A stretch of DNA of 64,000 nt from Thermoplasmata archaeon (GTDB lineage: Archaea; Thermoplasmatota; E2; DHVEG-1): positions 4,641-68,640 of the forward strand of contig JADBLO010000051.1 of NCBI GenBank assembly GCA_014894395.1. The letters run 5' to 3'. Below are positions 58,349 through 64,000 of the stretch, one piece after another. Positions within the stretch are counted from its first letter, which is position 1, and every line of letters starts with the position of its first letter. A program made the position numbers and the translations under genes. Under the pieces are notes generated by a model. It had not been told where the DNA came from and made no database searches. It was given only the letters and a program-made list of their open reading frames with translations.

Positions 58349-58935
58349 GCACGAAGAAAGCAGCTGCACCAAAAACTCATAAAACAACAACGCGTCAGAA
58401 AAAATCTGCTACAAAGAAAAAAGAAGAAAAAAAATCTATGAAGCCACGCATCGCAAAAGTGACTGTTAATATAGGTGTTGGCGAATCAGGTGAAAAACTC
58501 AAGAAAGCAGAATCGGTTTTAGAGGGTGTCACCAAACAAAAACCAATTCAAACCCTTTCAAAAACAACCAACAAAGACTGGAGTCTGCGGAAATTCATGC
58601 CGATTGGCTGCAAAGTCACGTTACGAAAGAAAGCTGCAGAGACATTTTTAATAAACGCGTTAAAAATCCGGGAGAATAAAATCTCAGAATACTCATTTGA
58701 CAATCAAGGGAATTTCTCATTTGGAGTACCGGATCATACCCTCTTTGAGGGACAGAAGTACGATCCAAATATCGGGATCTTTGGTATGGATATCTGTGTC
58801 ACCGTGGAAAACCCCGGGTACCGGATTAAACATCGCCGAATTGACCAACGGAAAATCCCGCAGCGGCATCGACTCACCAAAGAAGCAACTATGCAATTTA
58901 TTACCGAAGCATTTAACGTAGAGGTCGTAGAATGA
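58345..58935 (+). CDS. rpl5: ribosomal protein L5 (uL5) with K-rich N-terminal extension
   Basis: [17 protein letters not shown] core, plus a 30-aa KK-rich N-terminus. Confidence 0.9.
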   Translation: MSTKKAAAPKTHKTTTRQKKSATKKKEEKKSMKPRIAKVTVNIGVGESGEKLKKAESVLEGVTKQKPIQTLSKTTNKDWSLRKFMPIGCKVTLRKKAAETFLINALKIRENKISEYSFDNQGNFSFGVPDHTLFEGQKYDPNIGIFGMDICVTVENPGYRIKHRRIDQRKIPQRHRLTKEATMQFITEAFNVEVVE

Positions 58936-59087
58936 GAATCAAAGAGCGGAAGAAAATGTACGGCAGGAAAATAGGATGCGAACAATGTGGCAGAAAACGC
59001 GGGATCATACGACGCTATGGACTTCATCTCTGCAGACAATGCTTCCGAGATAAAGCAGAAGAACTGGGTTTTAAAAAATACGATTAG
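58932..59087 (+). CDS. rps14: ribosomal protein S14 (uS14, zinc type; 51 aa; absent from ORF track)
   Basis: Manual translation gives [55 protein letters not shown] overlap with rpl5. Confidence 0.9.
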   Translation: MRIKERKKMYGRKIGCEQCGRKRGIIRRYGLHLCRQCFRDKAEELGFKKYD

Positions 59088-59102
59088 AGGTTGTTGAAGA
59101 TT

Positions 59103-59492
59103 ATGTTAAACGATCCATTGGCAGACGCATTATCAATCATCAGAAACGCAGAGATGCGAGGAATCCATAAATGTATTATCCGACCCTCATCAAAACTCGT
59201 TGGCGGGGTCCTAAATCTCTTAAAAGAGAAAGGATATCTTAGCAACTTCGAGTACGTCGAGGACGGAAAAGCAGGCATCTATCAAGTGGAACTCCTGGGG
59301 AGCATCAACAACTGCGGTGTCATTAAACCACGCTACCCTATCAAAGTCCAAGAGATGGATAAATGGGAGGCGCGGTATCTCCCCGCACGTGATTTCGGGT
59401 TACTAATCCTCACAACCACCGAGGGTATTATCGCTCATGACGAGGCACGAAAGAAAGGCATCGGAGGAAAACTCCTCGCGTATGTGTACTAA
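59103..59492 (+). CDS. rps8: ribosomal protein S8 (uS8)
   Basis: MLNDPLADALSIIRNAE N-terminus. Start at ATG 59103 with GAGGT SD; the ORF track begins at an upstream TTG. Confidence 0.9.
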   Translation: MLNDPLADALSIIRNAEMRGIHKCIIRPSSKLVGGVLNLLKEKGYLSNFEYVEDGKAGIYQVELLGSINNCGVIKPRYPIKVQEMDKWEARYLPARDFGLLILTTTEGIIAHDEARKKGIGGKLLAYVY

Positions 59493-59506
59493 AGAGTGAG
59501 ATTCAT

Positions 59507-60046
59507 ATGGTAAAGACAACTGAGATAAAAGAAGAAATCAAAATCCCTGACGGCGTACAGATCACTGTTGAGGGGAAAACCGTTCACGTGAAAGGTCAAA
59601 AAGGAGCGATGTCAAAGCTCCTGTCACATCCTAAGATAAATCTTGGGGTTAACGGCAACATTATACAGGTCTCGTGTTCACAGTCACCTCGTCGAAAAGA
59701 AAAAGCATTGATTGGGACTTACAAAGCCCATATCAGAAACATGATCAATGGTGTTACACAAGGATACGAATGTAAGATGAAAACAGTGTTCTCGCATTTC
59801 CCAATAAAAACCACTGTCGAAGGAACCGAACTAGTGATCCAAAACTTCCTTGGAGAGCGATTCCCTCGAAGAGCAGATATCCTTGAAAATGTTAAAATTG
59901 AGGTTAAAGGAGAAATCCTCATACTCACCGGCATCGACAAAGAGAAAGTAGGACAAACCGCAGCGAATATCGAACGGGCAACCAAAGTGAAAAACAGAGA
60001 TATCCGGGTGTTCCAAGATGGTATCTATATTGTCAAGAGAGGGTAA
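59507..60046 (+). CDS. rpl6: ribosomal protein L6 (uL6)
   Basis: Two L6 repeats, 179 aa. Confidence 0.9.
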   Translation: MVKTTEIKEEIKIPDGVQITVEGKTVHVKGQKGAMSKLLSHPKINLGVNGNIIQVSCSQSPRRKEKALIGTYKAHIRNMINGVTQGYECKMKTVFSHFPIKTTVEGTELVIQNFLGERFPRRADILENVKIEVKGEILILTGIDKEKVGQTAANIERATKVKNRDIRVFQDGIYIVKRG

Positions 60047-60049
60047 ACC

Positions 60050-60751
60050 ATGACAAAAGAAGCTGTTCTAAAAGAATTCGAGGCATTGAAAGGTGTCGGG
60101 AAAGCAAAAGCGAAACTCCTCTACGATAACGGATTCGATTCCATGGATAAACTGAAAAAAGCAAAGATAAAAGATCTTACAAAACTGAAAGGAATAACAG
60201 AGAAAAACGCCAATGAAATCCTTGGTCAAATCAAAGAGAAAAAAGAAAAACCAGTGAAAAAAACACCAGAAAAAAAAGACGAAGAAGAAACAAAAGAGAA
60301 GAAAGCAGATGACGTTGAAATCGTTGACCAAAAAGAAGGAGCCTACAAACCAAAGATTAAACCACAGTTAAACAAGAAAGAGAAAGAGCAACTGGTAATT
60401 AGACGACAAATCAAAAAGCGAACCCCGCATTTCCTGAGAGACGAAGGATTCCGATACAAACGTATCCCGAAGAACTGGCGACGCCCTACAGGGTATACTT
60501 CAAAACTACGCATTAACTTGAAGTATCGACCAAGTAAAGTACGCGTAGGTTTCCGCGGACCAAAGATGGTCCGTGGATTACACCCGTCTGGTTTTGAAGA
60601 AGTGATGATTCACACGGTTAAAGAACTTGAGACGATTGATCCGAAGAAACAGGCGGTGCGCATTGGCGGCACCGTTGGCACGAAGAAACGTCTAGAGATT
60701 GCGAAACGAGCCGATGAATTAGATATAAGAGTTTTAAACATGAGGAAGTGA
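60050..60751 (+). CDS. rpl32e: ribosomal protein L32e (eL32) with N-terminal (HhH)2 + K/E linker
   Basis: Core RRQIKKRTPHFLRDEGFRYKRIPKNWRRP. N-terminal LKGVGKAKAKLL...LKGITEKNANEI HhH pair. Confidence 0.9.
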   Translation: MTKEAVLKEFEALKGVGKAKAKLLYDNGFDSMDKLKKAKIKDLTKLKGITEKNANEILGQIKEKKEKPVKKTPEKKDEEETKEKKADDVEIVDQKEGAYKPKIKPQLNKKEKEQLVIRRQIKKRTPHFLRDEGFRYKRIPKNWRRPTGYTSKLRINLKYRPSKVRVGFRGPKMVRGLHPSGFEEVMIHTVKELETIDPKKQAVRIGGTVGTKKRLEIAKRADELDIRVLNMRK

Positions 60752-61215
60752 CCATGACTGATCTACGAAATCAACGCAGAATGGCAGCATCAATCATGAA
60801 ATGCGGTGGAACAAGAGTCTGGATGGACCCAGATAGACTTGAAGAGATAGCAAAAGCAGTGACCAGGAACGACATTTCGATTCTGGTGAACGGTGGCGCA
60901 ATTAAAAGCATACAAAAACAAGGGAATTCCAGTGGACGACACAAACATATCCTTCATCAGAAACAGAAAGGAAGACGAACCGGTCAAGGATCCAGGAAGG
61001 GGCCAAAACACGCCCGCCTCCCAAAAAAGGAACGATGGATTCGAACCATTCGTCCGATCAGGACCTATCTGAAACAACTACGTGAGGACACAAAAATCGA
61101 TGCGCATACCTACCGGTTGTACTATCGGAAGGCAAAAGGCGGTGTCTTTAGGAGTAAACAACATCTGAAATCACATCTTCTTGCTGACAATATCATCAAG
61201 GAGGAAAAACAATGA
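60748..61215 (+). CDS. rpl19e: ribosomal protein L19e (eL19)
   Basis: LRNQRRMAASIMKCG N-terminus. Confidence 0.9.
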   Translation: MTMTDLRNQRRMAASIMKCGGTRVWMDPDRLEEIAKAVTRNDISILVNGGAIKSIQKQGNSSGRHKHILHQKQKGRRTGQGSRKGPKHARLPKKERWIRTIRPIRTYLKQLREDTKIDAHTYRLYYRKAKGGVFRSKQHLKSHLLADNIIKEEKQ

Positions 61216-61721
61216 AAAAAGGACCACGGTACCATGTGAAACCGCGGAGACATCGTGAACGAAAAACCGATTACCGCCTGAGACTCAAACTGCTTCGAGG
61301 TAAGAAACCACGGATTGTCGTCAGAAAATCACTGAAAGCAATTCGCGTACAGTTCGTAGAATACAGCCCCCAGGGCGATAAGATTCTCGTGTCAGCAATC
61401 TCCAATGAGTTAGCCAAAGAATATGGCTGGAAATACTCAGTTGCAACCACGCCTGCTGCGTATCTCACTGGTTTACTGGCAGGAAAACGAGCAAAAGATA
61501 AAGGAATCGAACAAGGCGTTCTGGACATCGGGTTATACCATCCGACCATTGGCAGTATAGTATTTGCAACATTGAAAGGAGTCTTAGACGCAGGGGTTGA
61601 ATGCCCCCATGACGCGGAGATGCTCCCGAAAGAAGATAGGCTTCATGGAACACACTTGAACAAAGACATCAAACCGATCGTCGGTGAGATAAAAACAAAG
61701 ATTATTGGAGGCAAGGAATAA
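61212..61721 (+). CDS. rpl18: ribosomal protein L18 (uL18)
   Basis: PRLVVRKSLK-type motif ([16 protein letters not shown]). Confidence 0.9.
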   Translation: MKKGPRYHVKPRRHRERKTDYRLRLKLLRGKKPRIVVRKSLKAIRVQFVEYSPQGDKILVSAISNELAKEYGWKYSVATTPAAYLTGLLAGKRAKDKGIEQGVLDIGLYHPTIGSIVFATLKGVLDAGVECPHDAEMLPKEDRLHGTHLNKDIKPIVGEIKTKIIGGKE

Positions 61722-61723
61722 AT

Positions 61724-62476
61724 ATGGCGGGACGAGAACGCGGAAACGCACCAAGAGGGCGGCGCAGACAATTTGACGAGGGAGCTGCCCCGGTTATATG
61801 GGCACCGAAGACCAGACTTGGAAAAATGGTGAAAAACGGGGAGATTGCCACGATGAGCGACGCCTTGAAATCCGGATTACCACTGCGAGAACCGGAGATC
61901 GTTGATATTTTACTGCCGAGTGTCGAAGATGAGGTTATCGATGTGAAAATGGTACAACGAATGACAGACTCAGGGCGACGAGTCAGATTCGTTATCACCG
62001 TTGTCGTGGGAAACAAAGACGGTTTTGTCGGTTTAGGTCAAGCAAAGGGAAAAGAAGTCGGCTTAAGTATTAAACGAGCAATTGAGAATGCAAAAATAAA
62101 TATGATTCAAATACGACGCGGGTGCGGATCCTGGGAATGCGGGTGCCGAACACCACATACGATTCCTTTCCTAGTGACGGGAAAAAGCGGTTCTGTTGAA
62201 GTCACCTTTAAACCAGCGCCTCGTGGTATCGGGCTTGCGACCGGTGATGTTGCTAAGAAGATCCTCCGCCTCGCAGGAGTCAACGACTGCTGGGCGTTCA
62301 CCGAAGGGAAAACAAAGACGGTCGTCAACTACGCAAAAGGAGTCTATGACGCCTTGAAAAAGAATGCAGAGATGAGGATTACCTCTAGTGTAATGAATAA
62401 ACTTGGTATTATACAAGGAAGTATTGGGACATCACCAAAAGAAGAACAACCCACACCGGTTAAAACGGAGGGATAA
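61724..62476 (+). CDS. rps5: ribosomal protein S5 (uS5)
   Basis: dsRBD-like and S5 C-terminal domain, 250 aa. Contains a CGSWECGC Cys cluster. Confidence 0.9.
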   Translation: MAGRERGNAPRGRRRQFDEGAAPVIWAPKTRLGKMVKNGEIATMSDALKSGLPLREPEIVDILLPSVEDEVIDVKMVQRMTDSGRRVRFVITVVVGNKDGFVGLGQAKGKEVGLSIKRAIENAKINMIQIRRGCGSWECGCRTPHTIPFLVTGKSGSVEVTFKPAPRGIGLATGDVAKKILRLAGVNDCWAFTEGKTKTVVNYAKGVYDALKKNAEMRITSSVMNKLGIIQGSIGTSPKEEQPTPVKTEG

Positions 62477-62480
62477 ATCT

Positions 62481-62945
62481 ATGGTCTACGCAGTTATCAG
62501 AGTAAGAGGCACGGTGAACGTAAAGCCGGATATCAAGAAAACAATGCAATTACTGCGATTAACTCGAGCGAATCACTGTGTGCTCCTTGAAGAAAACGTG
62601 GTCTATAACGGGATGCTTCGGATGGTGAAAGACTATACCACCTGGGGTGAAATCAACAAAGAAACACTGACAAAGCTAATTTCCGTCAGAGGAAAACTCA
62701 TTGGTGATAAACCCCTGACCGCAGAATACCTTAAAACCGCAACACCCTATCATAGTTTCGAAAAACTCTCAGAAGCAATCCTGGAAAATAAAGTAAAATA
62801 CAAAGAAATACCTGAAGTAAAACCCCTCTTCCGGCTCAACCCGCCGAAGAAAGGCCACCGAACTATCAAAAGATCATTTGTGAATAAAGGCTCTTTAGGG
62901 TACCGAAAAGATGAGATCAACAAACTCATTGAACGGATGCTGTAA
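62481..62945 (+). CDS. rpl30: ribosomal protein L30 (uL30)
   Basis: MVYAVIRVRGTVNVKPDIKKTMQLLRL. Start at 62481 with GGAGGGA SD; the ORF track starts upstream at 62403 inside rps5. Confidence 0.9.
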   Translation: MVYAVIRVRGTVNVKPDIKKTMQLLRLTRANHCVLLEENVVYNGMLRMVKDYTTWGEINKETLTKLISVRGKLIGDKPLTAEYLKTATPYHSFEKLSEAILENKVKYKEIPEVKPLFRLNPPKKGHRTIKRSFVNKGSLGYRKDEINKLIERML

Positions 62946-63022
62946 AGAAGCTATTTTTTCCAAAAGATTATTATAGTGATAGTATTTTATTGGGTGAATA
63001 AAGAGAAAGAGGGTGTTAGAAG

Positions 63023-63241
63023 ATGGAGGAAGTTCTCTACAACATAGAAATACATAGAAATGAGGGAAACTACATGGGAAAGATTTATTCGGATATTGAT
63101 GGGGTTAAAGAATTCGAAAACAACCGCATTGACCGGCTACTCCGCGATATCATCGTTGATATGCAGCTTGCATTAGACGATGAGTTTCTCACCAGAACAA
63201 CCGCAACTGATCTCCCTGAATTCACCGATGAGCTAAAATAA
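63023..63241 (+). CDS. hypothetical small acidic protein (72 aa)
   Basis: Sits where rpoN is commonly found upstream of rpoK but lacks the RpoN zinc motif. No family recognised. Confidence 0.35.
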   Translation: MEEVLYNIEIHRNEGNYMGKIYSDIDGVKEFENNRIDRLLRDIIVDMQLALDDEFLTRTTATDLPEFTDELK

Positions 63242-63343
63242 AATGACCCGTTTCTTTAAAAACCACTGTTCTCTCTAAAAAATAGGTCTATTTGAGGGCA
63301 ATATTTTTAAAGGTTTCTGTTATTTGGGCTTCTACCTATCCTT

Positions 63344-63547
63344 ATGCTTCGGAGGAAGACTGTGACGTATACTCGCTTTGAAAAAGCTCGCATCATTGGC
63401 GCACGAGCCTTACAACTCTCGATGGGTGCACCATCGATTTTAGCGGAGATACCGAAAGATATGATTGACCCGGTTGAAATCGCGATGCTTGAGTATGACG
63501 AAGGCGCAATCCCTATTACCGTCAAACGAAAGGAAAGAAAAGCATAA
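63344..63547 (+). CDS. rpoK: DNA-directed RNA polymerase subunit K (RpoK/Rpb6)
   Basis: TRFEKARIIGARALQLSMGAP motif. Confidence 0.85.
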   Translation: MLRRKTVTYTRFEKARIIGARALQLSMGAPSILAEIPKDMIDPVEIAMLEYDEGAIPITVKRKERKA

Positions 63548-63562
63548 ATTTGAGGAACAACT

Positions 63563-64000
63563 ATGGCTGAAGAAAAGCAAGCTGTGGAAACAGAACCGAC
63601 GATGATGGTGTCTGAAGAAACCTACATGACTTCAGGAGTACATATCGGGACCAGACAGAAAACCGCTGACATTAAAGAGTTCATCTATAAAGTACGAAAC
63701 GATGGGTTATACATCATCGATGTGAAAAAAACCGATGAAAGAATAAAGGCTGCCGCAAAGTTTCTCGCGAAATACGACCCGTCACAGATACTCGCGGTTT
63801 CAGTGCGACAATACGGACAAAAACCGGTAAGGAAGCTTGGGGAAAACACCGGAATCCAAGTACTTGATGGACGATTCCAGCCAGGAACGCTGACGAACCC
63901 AAATGCTAAAACATTTCTCGAACCAGAAATCATTTTACTCACTGACCCGCTGGCAGACATCCAAGCGTTGCACGAGGCGAAAAATATCGGTATCCCGGTG
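63563..64000 (+). CDS. rps2: ribosomal protein S2 (uS2), 3'-truncated by window edge
   Basis: [38 protein letters not shown]2 N-terminal motifs. Continues past the window end. Confidence 0.85.
   Translation, partial: MAEEKQAVETEPTMMVSEETYMTSGVHIGTRQKTADIKEFIYKVRNDGLYIIDVKKTDERIKAAAKFLAKYDPSQILAVSVRQYGQKPVRKLGENTGIQVLDGRFQPGTLTNPNAKTFLEPEIILLTDPLADIQALHEAKNIGIPV

Overview
This 64 kb window is an archaeal chromosomal segment of about 41-42% GC. Many genes have GGAGG-like Shine-Dalgarno motifs and several neighbours overlap by ATGA or TAATG, which suggests polycistronic operons. Most of the content is core housekeeping. The right third (50.9-62.9 kb) is the large archaeal ribosomal-protein operon, L3-L4-L23-L2-S19-L22-S3-L29-SUI1-Rpp29-S17-L14-L24-S4e-L5-S14-S8-L6-L32e-L19e-L18-S5-L30. 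It is followed by an orphan small ORF, rpoK and the start of rps2, not by L15-SecY. Elsewhere the window holds GatD (5' truncated) and an NMD3-like protein. It holds a colinear acetyl-CoA block of an HDAC/AcuC-family deacetylase, a single-chain pyruvate:ferredoxin oxidoreductase and an ADP-forming acetyl-CoA synthetase fused to a GNAT acetyltransferase (bacterial Pat-like architecture). It holds an Mvh-type [NiFe]-hydrogenase cluster (mvhG-mvhA-maturation protease-mvhD) with no hdr genes nearby. It also holds class II RNR, an FKBP, an aminotransferase, MsrA, a TspO-like protein and a HAD hydrolase. The conserved archaeal L44e-S27e-aIF2alpha-Nop10-PAC2 cluster is present; its nop10 gene is not in the supplied ORF track. 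Further genes are GINS, RadB, Dph2, a two-domain kinase, MtaD-like amidohydrolase, NadA, cysteine desulfurase, QueC, signal peptidase, Nob1, HisRS, BioY and pstSCAB. Accessory-looking elements are (1) an 817-aa K/E/R/Q-rich protein with an exact 282-bp in-frame tandem duplication and a C-terminal (HhH)2 domain, flanked by long AT-rich non-coding DNA; (2) a secreted, sequon-rich C45-like Ntn-hydrolase next to two tandem paralogous ~60-aa proteins; (3) a DUF2341+LamG surface protein; and (4) a ~0.9 kb AT-rich islet with a truncated asparaginase-like gene. No rRNA, tRNA or CRISPR array was recognisable by eye.
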